From Epithemia pelagica (taxonomy: Eukaryota > Protista > Bacillariophyta), in assembly GCA_946965045.2 (NCBI GenBank), contig OX337235.1, positions 3,472,001-3,536,000 on the forward strand: a stretch of 64,000 nt of DNA. The letters are read 5' to 3'. The position numbers and the translations under genes were made by a program. Under the pieces are notes generated by a model. The model had not been told where the DNA came from and made no database searches. It saw only the letters and a program-made list of their open reading frames with translations. Below, piece after piece: positions 11,991 to 23,073 of the stretch. Position 1 is the first letter of the stretch, and the number at the start of each line of letters is the position of its first letter.

Positions 11991-13039
11991 GGTTTACTTC
12001 TTTTATCTGCGTGTAGACGGATCAATTGGGACTTTCTTGTACTCGGAAGTGAGCATTCTCTTTCAGTCACACGGTCCGGTTCTTCACTCATTTCGGGCGA
12101 TTCAAAAGGTAGAAAGCGTGCACAGCTGCATCGTCGGCTCATGTTTCATTTATGAAATAATCATGACCGCATAGCAGGCTTTGTCTTGTCAACGGCCAAG
12201 ACCGGCGCGTCCGCCATTGCCCCAGATGTGCGCACTCGCAGACCACATCTGTTAGCTAGTCCGGTCCAAACCCCGTTGCAGGCCGGATATTCAACGAGAC
12301 TAGCTGTACGACTTCATTAGTCGACCTTTGGGCGGATCTATATCATCGATCCAGATATTTCTCGACCTTCCCAGGCCATTGTGCCATAGCTTTTACCATA
12401 ATCGCAGAGTTTCTTGGGTCTGATAAACCAAAATACGCGTAGGGGTGTGACTCGAAAATATAAAATTGTGACTATCTCATGCCTCAAGCTTAGAGGCCTT
12501 ACTATCGCTAATTTCGCTCAATAGGCTAGCCATATTTTGGGATGGTGGATGTGGATTGTGGATTGCCGTTGCAAGTTGCAAGTATTGTAGATGTAGATAG
12601 TACAGGATCATCTTTTCTCGGAAGGATTAGCGACTAATGAGCGTCTAGAATTTGACCGCGTTTTTGAGATCGCTAGCAGGCATAGGTCACTTGTACTAGC
12701 TTCACTGCAAAAGGCAGGCGAAATACAAAAGGTACGATCCGACCAAGAAAGAAAGGACATCAGAATCGACAGGAACCCAACATTGGGTTGACAATCCATC
12801 CGAGAAGGATGGACGGATCGACAGGAAAGACGGAATGCTACGAGAGAGTCAATAAGTGTGATTGTACATACTATCGACTGTGTTGTATGCAAGTTGAGAG
12901 AAACCACAAACAATTCTGATTCAATCAATCCAAAGAAGTATAAAGTAGGCGTCCTATTCCCCAAAGCATTGCTGAACGTTGTTATCTGGTTGTTGTTACT
13001 ACTCACAGGTCGATGTTCTTTTAGGCCGCTCAGCACTCG

Positions 13040-14971
13040 TCAAACGTTGTGTATCGTGTAGTCATCCAACACTCTCATGGCAAAGACTTCACCATCGACA
13101 AAATCTTTCATCTCTAGCACCATGTCACTGGGTGTCAACATGGATTTGATGGTACCATTTTGGTTGTACTGTGTCGACGACTTGAATTCATAGGATCGAT
13201 AATCACCGTCGCGCGGGGAGGGTGCCGGTTCGGGTTGATGGGGACCACTGGGTTGTAAGGCGGGTTCTCCCACAACCATGTAATGGAACACATTGGCCAA
13301 CTCAATCACTACCTTTCGAGACGCATGGGCCACGACCTTACCCATGGCATTGTTCAACTTGTCCTTGGTGTTGCGGGCATCGATCTCTTTTTTGAGTTTT
13401 TCAAAGTCTTGGTCCATTTCCAAGTCTCCGTATGTTCTGACTTTCGATTTCGTGGTCGACGGCGTGGTCGTTGAAGACGCCTTTCGTGGTGGCACAGACT
13501 TGACGGTTGCTACTTTTCCATTGGAACCCAAATCTCGTTGAGATGCTTTGGGTTGAGGGACACCCTTGGAGGGAGCAGTCTTGTTGTTGCCGTTGGAGCT
13601 ATTCACCGGCGAAGCCTTTTGCGGCTGCTGAGGTTTCTTTTGTTGCTGTGGTTCAGCTTGTGGCGCTTGTTGCTGACCGTTTTCTTGCTTGGTCTTGAGA
13701 GGAGTCTTTTCTTCCTTCTTGGCGTTGGAGGTCTCTTCCTTTTTGGTTCCAGCTGTTGGCGAAGATGCTTTAGTCGCTTGTTGCTGTTTTGCTTGACTTT
13801 TTCGTGCTGGTGGTGATGGCGGTTGCGCCTTGCGGGTGGGTGGTACAAAGGATTTGTTGCTAGATCGTTTGAGAGATTCTCCCAGAGTCATGGGAGCGTT
13901 CTTATCGGTCGATGTAGAAACTCTCTTGTCGGGGTTGACATCTCCTACGGATTTGCTTTTGGACATGGTGGGCTTTTTCTCGGGGCTGGCATCTCTGGCA
14001 GGTCGTGGACCTTTTCCTTCGGGACTTGCCGCACGTCCGCGAGTCGCTGTGGTCGTTGTACTCTTTGCATTCTTCGAACTGTCCTTGGTGTTGTTGTCGG
14101 GACCTCCTCGTCGGGACGGTGCTTGCGATTTCTTGGTGTTTGTCTTGGTGTTACTTTTGTCCTTGGAAATCTTTTTGCTCTTGAGATCCGTCAAGACAAA
14201 GACACCATCACTGGATTCTGCAGCTTCTTGTTCTTCTTTGATGTTCTCTTGTGGTTCCTTGGTAGTGACAGCCGCAGCTTCACGTGTTTCAGTTTCTTCA
14301 TGGGGTGCCTGCCTCTTATTGGTCGCTGCGGTCTTGACGGCCGTTGATTCCTGCTGTCGTGTCGTTTCTTCGGGTTGTCGTTCTTGAGGTTTGGAGGAAG
14401 AAGGTTGGTTGGTCGCCATGCCCGAATTGCTATTGCTGCTGCTCGTCGTGGTTGTTCGAGGATTGCTATTGCTGCTGCTCGTAGTGGTCGTTCGAGGATT
14501 GCCTTTCCGTTTGGTGGGTGTAGCCTCACTCGCAGACGAGTTTCGGCCCACACTCCGCTTGGACTTGGTACTTCGTTTACTGCTAGCAATCGATCCCGAC
14601 AAGACGGTGACACCACTTTCAAATTCACTCCTCGCCACAGATGCCATGCTGGACGGGGGTGGTGCCTTGTTGTTGGACTTGCGTGAAGTAGTGGTCACGG
14701 GAGGAGGATTGCGATTGTTTCGTTTGGACAATGATTTACTTGGTGTTGTTGTGGTCACTGGTTGTTTTCGTTTCGTTGTGGAATCAAAGAGTTGCAAGGC
14801 GGCTGAACTCCTTGAACTCGACGACAAGGCAGAAGAGGCGTGAGAGTCATCGCCAATTACTTCCACGTGAATCGTTTTTCGTCGTGGCGATTTGCTCCGG
14901 GTATTTCGCAGTTGCGTGTTGGTTCGGTTCGAGTTTCTCATTGTTGAGAACTGATCGAGAGACAAGTTCAA
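13040..14971 (-). CDS. Hypothetical K/S/T/Q-rich disordered protein; may extend to about 12750 via a GT-AG intron
   Basis: 643-aa low-complexity ORF. After the TGA at 13040-13042 the frame continues (RVLSGLKEHRP), followed by a GTGAGT...CTCGTAG intron-like segment and HSVFPVDPSILLGWIVNP. No domain recognised. Confidence 0.6.
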   Translation of the reverse strand: MNLSLDQFSTMRNSNRTNTQLRNTRSKSPRRKTIHVEVIGDDSHASSALSSSSRSSAALQLFDSTTKRKQPVTTTTPSKSLSKRNNRNPPPVTTTSRKSNNKAPPPSSMASVARSEFESGVTVLSGSIASSKRSTKSKRSVGRNSSASEATPTKRKGNPRTTTTSSSNSNPRTTTTSSSNSNSGMATNQPSSSKPQERQPEETTRQQESTAVKTAATNKRQAPHEETETREAAAVTTKEPQENIKEEQEAAESSDGVFVLTDLKSKKISKDKSNTKTNTKKSQAPSRRGGPDNNTKDSSKNAKSTTTTATRGRAASPEGKGPRPARDASPEKKPTMSKSKSVGDVNPDKRVSTSTDKNAPMTLGESLKRSSNKSFVPPTRKAQPPSPPARKSQAKQQQATKASSPTAGTKKEETSNAKKEEKTPLKTKQENGQQQAPQAEPQQQKKPQQPQKASPVNSSNGNNKTAPSKGVPQPKASQRDLGSNGKVATVKSVPPRKASSTTTPSTTKSKVRTYGDLEMDQDFEKLKKEIDARNTKDKLNNAMGKVVAHASRKVVIELANVFHYMVVGEPALQPSGPHQPEPAPSPRDGDYRSYEFKSSTQYNQNGTIKSMLTPSDMVLEMKDFVDGEVFAMRVLDDYTIHNV

Positions 14972-15813
14972 TGCCTCTCTGTGGTTAAGTTCGACGTTTC
15001 TGGGATTGCAGTTGTTGTTGTTTCGGTATCCCTAGTTTGATTTCTTTCTTGCGTCCGTTCGATTTGATACCGTCCTTGCGCTCTCTGCAAGGAAGGAAAA
15101 AACTGTGCATGTGTCTAGCTCATCGCATATCCGCCCCAAGAGTGCACCACAACATGTTTTTTCGAGAGGCGAAGCCCAGTCAACGGTTGCAAGGGCTCGT
15201 ATCTGGCGTGGATGGTGCACCTCCCGACAGGGGCTTCAAAGCCGCATCCGGCAAGTGCAGGCCGGAACTATGTGAGCAAAGTGCACCTCATGGACTACCA
15301 GGCACTCGACAGGCGCTGATTACTATGGCCCTGGCCCAGTAAGCTTTGCAGACTTAGAGGTGCGTCGTCGCTTATTCTATGCGATAACGGACGGCGCGCT
15401 GGAAAATCTGGCGTGCAGAACTGCGTGTAGCACCGAGTGCCGAGTAGAAAGTATACTTGGTTTTCAGTTGACACGGATGATCGGATTGGGTATGTAGGAC
15501 CCTATGCCCTTATTTACTCGTTTCTATAAGTGGTAGTTAAGGCCATTATTCTTTCGCACGTGCTGTAAGCCTTTCCAGAAAGTTATTTACGGGAAGAGTT
15601 CAATTACATAAAGGTTCTCCGAATTCTGTGAGTCATACTCAGTCGCATGTAAGTCCTTTTATTCGAAGAACATAGACATCGTCCACTATGTGATCTGTTG
15701 TTCCTCTAGGACTACGTAGATTTATTTCATTGATCTATTGCGCAGTGAAGCAAAGCACACCCTATTACACCACAATTACTCTTTACAATATGCCTCCCTT
15801 AGAAGTAGATGTT

Positions 15814-18800
15814 TCATCGGTACCTCGTTTTCCTCCTACGAACGCCAGCGGACTGATTCCGTCGAAACAAGAGGTCGTCCATATTGCGACAGAGTCCCGT
15901 TTCCGTGGACATGACGGTCGATGCTGCGGAGCCACCTGCCATGGAAAAGTTATCCGCCTGTGCGTCATGTCCAGTCAGCGAGAGGAGGGTGCGATCAATA
16001 TAGGCGGTCAATGGGTCCACCTTCTCATGACCCTCCGAGGCGAGAAAGGATCGACTTTCGTTTTGCGTTTCGTCCTCACTATGACTCACGTTGTACAGTG
16101 ATATGCCTTCCGTATCGTCTCGGTCATCCCGCATAGAATCATTGTGGTCTCGGATAATAATCTTTGGTCCTCTCGCTTCCTTTGCACTGTCAGATTCTAC
16201 CTCTCTTGGGAGTTCGTCTCGGTCATGACCTCGTTGTGAATACCTTGACCTGTCACGATCTCTATTGGAACCACGCTGCTGAGATACTGGATAGTCGTAC
16301 TCATTCACTCTTGGGTCGTGAGGACCCGAAGAACCATAATAGGGACTACCATATCCCATGCCGTCACCATGATACCCCCAATACGAGTATTTGTGCATAG
16401 GAGGGTGATCCACCCAATGGTCTGGAGGCGGAAAACTTTCTCGTCTGTCATGAGGACGACTACTCTGTTGCTGGCGCCACGAATCGCTGTCGTAAGGACC
16501 GATGTATCCATTCATATTCCGGTATGAATGGTACTGTGGTGGTGCGACATCTCGAGGACCGTGTACATGCCATGGATCGATTACACTTGCGGTTGGAATA
16601 GAGGAATCAAAGGATGCATTTTTGTAGGGTCCCGAGTGGATTTCTTCATGACCTCGTCGGTCCCCATTTCTGTGATAATAACCATTCATTCCAGGATAGG
16701 GATGGTAGCCGTTCATCCACGGAGGTGGTTGCTGGCCATTCATCATGTGAGTATCATGAACCACGTCACGTGAGCCCGTTGAACCTCGGCGACGAGCTGG
16801 GACACCGTATGCACTCGGATGCACGACATGGTCTGGAACCCTTCGTGAGTAATTGTGCCCATCGTGAAGATCTGTGTACGAGGTCATGGACGAAGTGAAA
16901 CTTGCAGGGAAATGGCGGCTCCCCGAAAACGTTGTCCTTTCGTGTAGGGAGGTTGCTGGCATCAATTCCTCGTACTCAGGCTTGGCTCTTGCTCTGGGCG
17001 TGTAGATGTAGACAGAATCCATTTTGTGACAACCACTTGGAGGTTTACCAGACTTGTCCTTGACAATTTGATTGGGAATAGGCGCTGGGGATGTGTTCCT
17101 TCTCATGGTCGGGGACGGCGATCGTGGTTTAGGTGGAGACGTACGCTTTGTCGGAAGCTTCTTTGTAGCCTTTGGAGTCAACATTGCTAGTGCTATTGGA
17201 CTGTCCGTTCTCTTGTGATTATCTGCCGAACTCTTGTGTTTCTCTGTTGATTTGCCTTGGGCCGCATTCCTTTTTCGGGAGGAGAGTTGTCTTGTGCTGG
17301 ATTTGCTTGGTTTCAGAGAGGCTTTTCGTTTTGTGTTTCCAGTTGGTGGTAGCTTGTTCTTGTTTCGACCCTCCTTAACTTCTTCTGGAGTTTCCATATT
17401 TGTCAGTTCATTTCTATTCTTTGAGTTGGCGTCCATTTCACTGACTCTGTTATGCGACGATGGTATGTCCTTTTGCGGTTCTGTTTGGACCTTTGCAATG
17501 CTCACTGAAGTGTCTTCCGTTTCCACAAGCATGAGAGGGTCAGTAGAATCGTGAGAGTTTGGAACTGTCCGTGCCTCGTTGATCGGTTCCTTACGAGCCT
17601 TGCCCGATGCTGCCGCTCTTGCTGAAGGTCCAAACCAACGAGCGAGTCTCGATATGGATGCATATGACGATTCCGTCTTGCTATCGTTCTCCTTTTTTTC
17701 ATCGTGAGAACTTCTGGGTGGCGGCGGGTCCTCCAGGTTGACTTCTTCGGACCCTACTTCGTGAAGCGTTGGTTCGGACAGGGGCTCTGCGACTGCTGCA
17801 CTGGTCTCGGTGCTTGCCACACGAGAAACACCAGACAACTCTGTGGGAATCTCTCTTGTTTTCTCTGTTGTCTCTTTTTCCGTGTGAAGTAAGATGGACC
17901 CACCGGTATCAGTGTTCTTTGTCGATGTTTCTGTGGTTGGTTCATCTTGTAGATTTGCCGCAAATCTCACGACTGGCTTGGTGGTCACAGGTCCTTCGTA
18001 ATTCTCCCCCACATAGGCGATGTCCTTTTCCGTATTTTCATCTGGTCCCTTTTCTTCTTGTTCCTCTTCAACGGGTTCCTTTTCTCCTTCTTGCTGCATA
18101 TGGTCCGCTTCTTCTGTGGCTTTCTCCTCATTCGATTCTTGCGTCTTGGTTGATGTTTTACCTTTCGTCAAGGCCGCCATGAGTCCAAAGAAACTGATCG
18201 AGGATGTGGGAGGAAACATACTTGTTCCATTCCCAGTTTCCTGCGGAGAAGATGAGGCCTCTCCATCAGCAGCAGCTTTGGGATTCTTCTGTTTGTCACT
18301 GGATACTTCTTTGTCCTCTCCACCTTCGTCCAAAGCCTCTGCACTCGAGCCCTCTGCGCTAGATTCCTTTGTTTCTTGTGGTTGTTTCGTTCCAGGAGCT
18401 TTTTCCAGTTGGCTTTCATCGGAGGTTGACAGTTCTGTAGCTGTGGGGATATCTTTCTCGCTTTCTTCTTGTTGTTCCTGAATGGTGGGGAACAACGAGT
18501 TCATCATGGTGGACAAGGAGGGTGTGGCGACAGTGGTGGCAGCAGCAGCAGCCGCAGCAGCGGCCGCGGCAGTCGTAGTCGCTGGCAACCACCAGGAACT
18601 TCTGTCGTTCCTTGGTGACTGACCAAGATAATCCCGTCGAAAGACGGTACTGACATCTTCGGAAGCCACCGACACATCCAAATCCACGGCGGTCGATGGA
18701 TAGGCTTGCTTTTTTTCCTCCATGAGAGTCAACATTCGTTGCAGGGTGGCCGTTTCGGTTGCTGCTTTTGGTTCCTCTGTTTCGGGTATGATTGGATCTG

Positions 18801-19215
18801 TATTTTGGTTGGTTTCATCCTCGGAATTAGCATTGTTGTTCGGATTGTTGTCATTGAGCGTTGCTTCATACCCGGTTTCGGTGCAAATGGTGGTGGTAGG
18901 AAATCGACTGGCACCATTCTTGGCATTCCGCGATCTCCACAATCGACTTCCCACCATTGATGAAGCAGTACTGGTAGTAGACTTGGTCCTTCGTGGAGCT
19001 TTGCCGATGCGCGATGGTGGTTTGGAGTTGTGTTCCACGACTTCTACGACTTGTGCCGTTTGAAGAGCCTTCTGAAGTTGCTCTTGTGATGGTTGTTGCT
19101 GTTGTTCGGGTGGTTCGGATTGTAATCGACTCATTTCGGGAGTCAAGGAAGCATTCTTTCCAATTTGGATATTGGAAGACTTGCGACGAAACATGCTATC
19201 ACCAAATCTACACAA
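15814..19215 (-). CDS. Hypothetical disordered protein (1133 aa; acidic N-half, P/G/Y/H-rich C-part)
   Basis: Long uninterrupted ORF with biased composition typical of host genes; no domain recognised. Confidence 0.72.
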   Translation of the reverse strand: MCRFGDSMFRRKSSNIQIGKNASLTPEMSRLQSEPPEQQQQPSQEQLQKALQTAQVVEVVEHNSKPPSRIGKAPRRTKSTTSTASSMVGSRLWRSRNAKNGASRFPTTTICTETGYEATLNDNNPNNNANSEDETNQNTDPIIPETEEPKAATETATLQRMLTLMEEKKQAYPSTAVDLDVSVASEDVSTVFRRDYLGQSPRNDRSSWWLPATTTAAAAAAAAAAATTVATPSLSTMMNSLFPTIQEQQEESEKDIPTATELSTSDESQLEKAPGTKQPQETKESSAEGSSAEALDEGGEDKEVSSDKQKNPKAAADGEASSSPQETGNGTSMFPPTSSISFFGLMAALTKGKTSTKTQESNEEKATEEADHMQQEGEKEPVEEEQEEKGPDENTEKDIAYVGENYEGPVTTKPVVRFAANLQDEPTTETSTKNTDTGGSILLHTEKETTEKTREIPTELSGVSRVASTETSAAVAEPLSEPTLHEVGSEEVNLEDPPPPRSSHDEKKENDSKTESSYASISRLARWFGPSARAAASGKARKEPINEARTVPNSHDSTDPLMLVETEDTSVSIAKVQTEPQKDIPSSHNRVSEMDANSKNRNELTNMETPEEVKEGRNKNKLPPTGNTKRKASLKPSKSSTRQLSSRKRNAAQGKSTEKHKSSADNHKRTDSPIALAMLTPKATKKLPTKRTSPPKPRSPSPTMRRNTSPAPIPNQIVKDKSGKPPSGCHKMDSVYIYTPRARAKPEYEELMPATSLHERTTFSGSRHFPASFTSSMTSYTDLHDGHNYSRRVPDHVVHPSAYGVPARRRGSTGSRDVVHDTHMMNGQQPPPWMNGYHPYPGMNGYYHRNGDRRGHEEIHSGPYKNASFDSSIPTASVIDPWHVHGPRDVAPPQYHSYRNMNGYIGPYDSDSWRQQQSSRPHDRRESFPPPDHWVDHPPMHKYSYWGYHGDGMGYGSPYYGSSGPHDPRVNEYDYPVSQQRGSNRDRDRSRYSQRGHDRDELPREVESDSAKEARGPKIIIRDHNDSMRDDRDDTEGISLYNVSHSEDETQNESRSFLASEGHEKVDPLTAYIDRTLLSLTGHDAQADNFSMAGGSAASTVMSTETGLCRNMDDLLFRRNQSAGVRRRKTRYR

Positions 19216-20227
19216 CTGGTGCGAGCCAAGCTGCTAGTTTCAGAGTGTGTGCATGACGATGAGTGGAACCTTTGAGGATTGGATAGTTTCTCGAACCGCC
19301 TTGTCGCTTCCCTTTTGATTGAAAAGACGCTAGTGTTGGTGTTGTTGTTGTTTTAGAGATTTGGTTGCGACCTTTCTTGACAGAAAAGTATCCAAAAGGA
19401 AATGAAGAAGGGGACGTTTGTGTGTGGTTCTGCCCAAATGTCCTCAACCTCCGTTTTCAACTGCCTCCTATAACTACACTAGTGTTTCAAATCCGTTGCA
19501 AGAACGTCTTGTTGACGGTCGACGGAGATATCACGCTAAAAAGTTTGGGTTACGCTAGGTAGATTCTACTAGAGAGGCGACAGGGTGCACGGGAGAGTTT
19601 CGGCTTCATCGGTTGAATCCTTGCATCGCTAATGAATGCGTACTACTACTAGCTCAAGGTTTGGTTCGCTTCGTGCTGCTGCCGAAGATACGTGTGAAGT
19701 GTTTACAATGTGCTCTGCCATGTCGAAAGGATCGGCGTGGAGGTACGACGATGTCTCCGTTGTCTCATGGATTCATTTATAGAGTCGTCTTGTGTTTGTC
19801 AAGATGGTACAAGGTTTGCAAAAAAATTAATGTGAGGAAAGCCGTTGTGCTTCCTTGCAAGGGTAGTCTTGATTGTATTATTTACGATTGACAACCGTTG
19901 TAGCCTCTCAATAAACTCTAAGTACTCTAGGTCTCGTCCGTTAAAAACGGTCGCAACGGATAGAAGCACGCTTTGGTATGTGACGACTGACGACATGCAG
20001 ACTGCAGAGCACTCCCTCTATTCAATCGGGGCTCACGAGAATTGCCTACCCCCAAGCCGGGGTGAGTCAGTCACGCGTGATTGGATGCACGATGTGCATC
20101 CGTATACTCACCCCCTTGGCTCGACCTGGTCGCTCTCGACATTGATACAAATCTCTAAAAGCCACATTCTACCTCCATACATCTATCACGGTGGTGGAGG
20201 TGCAGTGGTATCCAAACGACCTACAAC

Positions 20228-21043
20228 ATGTCTTCTTCTTCCCATAAACGTCAGAAGCTTTCTCAGAAGCAAGTCCGAGAAGCCTATGAAGGTCAACTGG
20301 CATCAAGCCAGTCGGTGGCATCTGCAAGAGAAGATTTTGATGCTGGCATCGCCGAAACCAACAACACTCCTGCATCCCAGCAGACCCATTCCTCCTCAAC
20401 CCCCGGTATCGCGTCGTTTCGCCCTCATTCCTCCGTTGCCGCTGGTGGTATTGACGCCATTGGTGCAAATGTCCCATACGAAACTCCTTTGGCAAACCGA
20501 CAGGCACAACAACCACAATCAAGAAATCTCATCAGGTCTGAACCATCTACATTTCTCGACAGCGCTGCGGCCAGCTCTTTATCCACTCTTCCCTCCGATC
20601 GCACTCAACCCACTCGTCGCGTCCAAATGGTTACCTTTCCTCCGTTGTCGTCCCATGACCCATGCCGTCTTCCATCCTCAACCAATGAAGTAGATGGAGA
20701 ACCACAGATTCAAAACCAAGCTCCAAGGGGTGTATCATCTGCTTCATTCAATCTGTGGCATCGACGAGATTCTTTCGGCCACATTGAATTTGGGACTCAA
20801 TCCTCCCCTCCCAAGCCTCTCTCCAATCTACGAATGTCAGTTGATTCAACCACCAATGAAGAACCACAGGGAAGCAACAACCCAACAACAGCCTCCTCCA
20901 GGACACAGTACACTGTTCCTACTGCTGTTGCTCCACCGGACTCAAATTTCCCTTCTGCTCCTGCTACAGACGACCCCTCTCCCAACCAAGTTCAGGAGCC
21001 GATAACCACCAGCAAGTTGCTTGCCAAGCTGGATCGTTGGTGA
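20228..21043 (+). pseudogene. 5' remnant of the left-hand ORF of the TIR element (possible transposase N-terminus)
   Basis: Starts MSSSSHKRQKLSQK. A homologous start MSSSSHKRRRTSQK occurs at the same distance from the left end of the 49334 element. Rest is low complexity and no catalytic motif is visible. Confidence 0.5.
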
Positions 21044-21650
21044 TTTTTTGAGCAGAGGTAAATATAAAGATTCTTCTCTTTGCTGGGTCGTTGTTACGCA
21101 ATTTCTCCAAGTGGTTGCGAAGAATGTTGTTGAGTCTCGCAGAGCGAAGAACATCAAGGTTGAAAACTTGGAGTCGGTTGGATAGGTGGTTTGTCAGCGA
21201 GGTATGCTTTAACTTGGAGGTTTGGTCAGCTGCCAAACTCAACAAAGGGACTATTGTAATGGTAATCCCTCCACACAAAATACTGCTAATGTCACGGACT
21301 GCCGATTTACCACCACCGGTGGAACGAACAAGAAGCAGGGGGCGTAGGATGGACGGTGTCGTTGAAGGGCCAGTGTGGCGTGGGAGAACTTCTTTACTGG
21401 CATCAATCTGCCATAAACAGGCGGTCTTGCCATGCCAATCTGTAAAGATGGCCTCAATGGCCTGTTGTAGAAGGTCAGGACCATGGGCGGGATGCTTGGT
21501 ATGGTGGCGGTGAGAATGAGACGACGGAAGGGATGTACTAGAGCTGGTTGCGGATGCAGTCGATGAAGCTTCACCTTCCTTGTTACTGTCCCGAAATGTG
21601 GTGTCTTGCTGGTTGTCCATGCCTGTGAATGGGCAAAATGGAGGCAACAC
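20964..21650 (-). pseudogene. RecQ-like SF2 helicase N-terminal fragment
   Basis: Walker A LLVRSTGGGKS (codons about 21303-21320), motif Ia TIVPLLSLAADQ, FIFTSAQKI resembling the RecQ YvsPEkl segment. Stops before the DEAH box at the inferred deletion junction (~21000-21015). Confidence 0.82.
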
Positions 21651-22497
21651 TGAGTACGCAGAAGTGTCCTAGGTAGTATGGGACAGCTTACAATGGCTTG
21701 GGTGCAGTTGGAGAACCTTCAGGGCGGATGCAATCGACCTCACTTGTTTGGCACCGTGGTGGATGCGTTGAGGTAAAATGCGATTTGTATCAATGTCGGA
21801 AAATCGCCAATTTTAGGTGGTCGAGCCAAGGGGGTGAGTATACGGATGTACCTTTAGGTACGACCTATGTGCGACCTGGACTCACCCCTGCTTGGGGGTA
21901 GAGAATTGCCCCGGGGTCACGAATCAGTGTGTCTATCGAAGCTATGCCTTTCCATGTGATCGGATGAAACTGGAGTCTATCGTACTCCTAAGTCCTAAGG
22001 CTGTTCCTTTAGCTTTCCGAAACGAAAACTGAATCGTGACGTCACATCATATTCTTGTTTTGGCGCGAAATGCCGTCCTTGCGCTCAACGAAACCAAAGT
22101 ATGCTGAAACAATGCAAACGGACAGAGGACGCACCGACCGTTGGAGTTGAACGCCTGCATGCCATGACGAACGCCTGTCTGACTGATTCGAAACTGTAGG
22201 CAAATGGTACACTAGCTAGCAATGGGAACTAATATCCCTAATGTGATTTCAACTTTCGTAAGAGCACTAAGGTTTACGAAAGTTGGTACCAACTTTCGGG
22301 GCAATTAGAGATACTTGAAGCAGTGGCGGGCGATATTCAAAAAAGATAGGGTTGGGGATATGTCTGGCCGCCTCACCAATATGGAGGGGAAATAATGGCG
22401 AATAACGATGTTAGTCTAAGCGTATCCGTTCATACACTACCATCCTGGTGTGTACAGATTGGTTCGACGCTCGGTCCGCGTCGCACGTCGCACTGGG

Positions 22498-22865
22498 ACT
22501 AACTCCATACCAGACTGTGAAGGTAGTTCGTCTCACATTTTTATACTACAGTAGGAATTTTTTGTACGACCGGGAAGGAGTCGCGCGGGTTCCCTCTCGT
22601 GTGTGACACTTGTGCGACACTTGTGTGACACTTTCTGACATGGCTTCTAGGAATTTCTCACTACCTACACAGCTTGATAGGGAGTAAGTTTACTACTTCC
22701 CTGTGTCTGGCCGTCGGGCGCGCCCGGATTGTCGGGAGAATGACTCGACGGGCAATTGTCTTTTCGGGCGTGCGCCCTCCTCGACCATTGCCCTCCTCGT
22801 CATTCTACCCTCCGCGCCGGGCGGTCCCTCCTTGAAAGGACTCGACACCGGGAAGTATTAATACT
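22498..22865 (+). repeat. Unclassified ~375-bp interspersed repeat, copy A (two small internal deletions)
   Basis: ACTAACTCCATACCAGACTGTG...CCGGGAAGTATTAATACT, matching the copies at 30924, 31299 and 59767. Confidence 0.9.
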
Positions 22866-23073
22866 GATGTAGTACTACATCCGTTTCATTACCGCTACGT
22901 TAGTGGGCTGTCGAGGACGACGCCTTCAACTTCAACGACTATGTCCTATCGAGCCTCTATGAGACCTAGCTTGAGGATTTCGTCTACCTAGGAGTAGGGG
23001 TATATTAGGACGATCATATCCTCTATATCATTATAACAAGCCATTCGATGGAATCTCCCCATGACAAGTATTC

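Larger units (their letters stand above)
20047..21900. mobile_element. AcademH-like TIR DNA transposon, internally deleted, with RecQ-like helicase fragment
   Basis: Ends are TACCCCCAAGC(C/A)GGGGTGAGTC (21/22 inverted match). Perfect inverted blocks at 20097-20126/21819-21848 (30 bp) and 20137-20153/21782-21798 (17 bp). 10-bp TSD GAGAATTGCC at 20037-20046 and 21901-21910. Confidence 0.8.

Noticed and set aside
11991-12450. 5' LTR and PBS of the truncated copia (candidate CA/TGAGCCGACG on the minus strand near 12131-12143)
   Set aside because: No second LTR to define boundaries, no matching terminal inverted end found, and the tRNA-Met similarity is too weak.
20047-21900. Reading the element as Tc1/mariner (TA TSD) or piggyBac (CCC ends)
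   Set aside because: The TA belongs to the element: a longer 9-10-bp duplication lies outside it in all three copies, and there is no TTAA.
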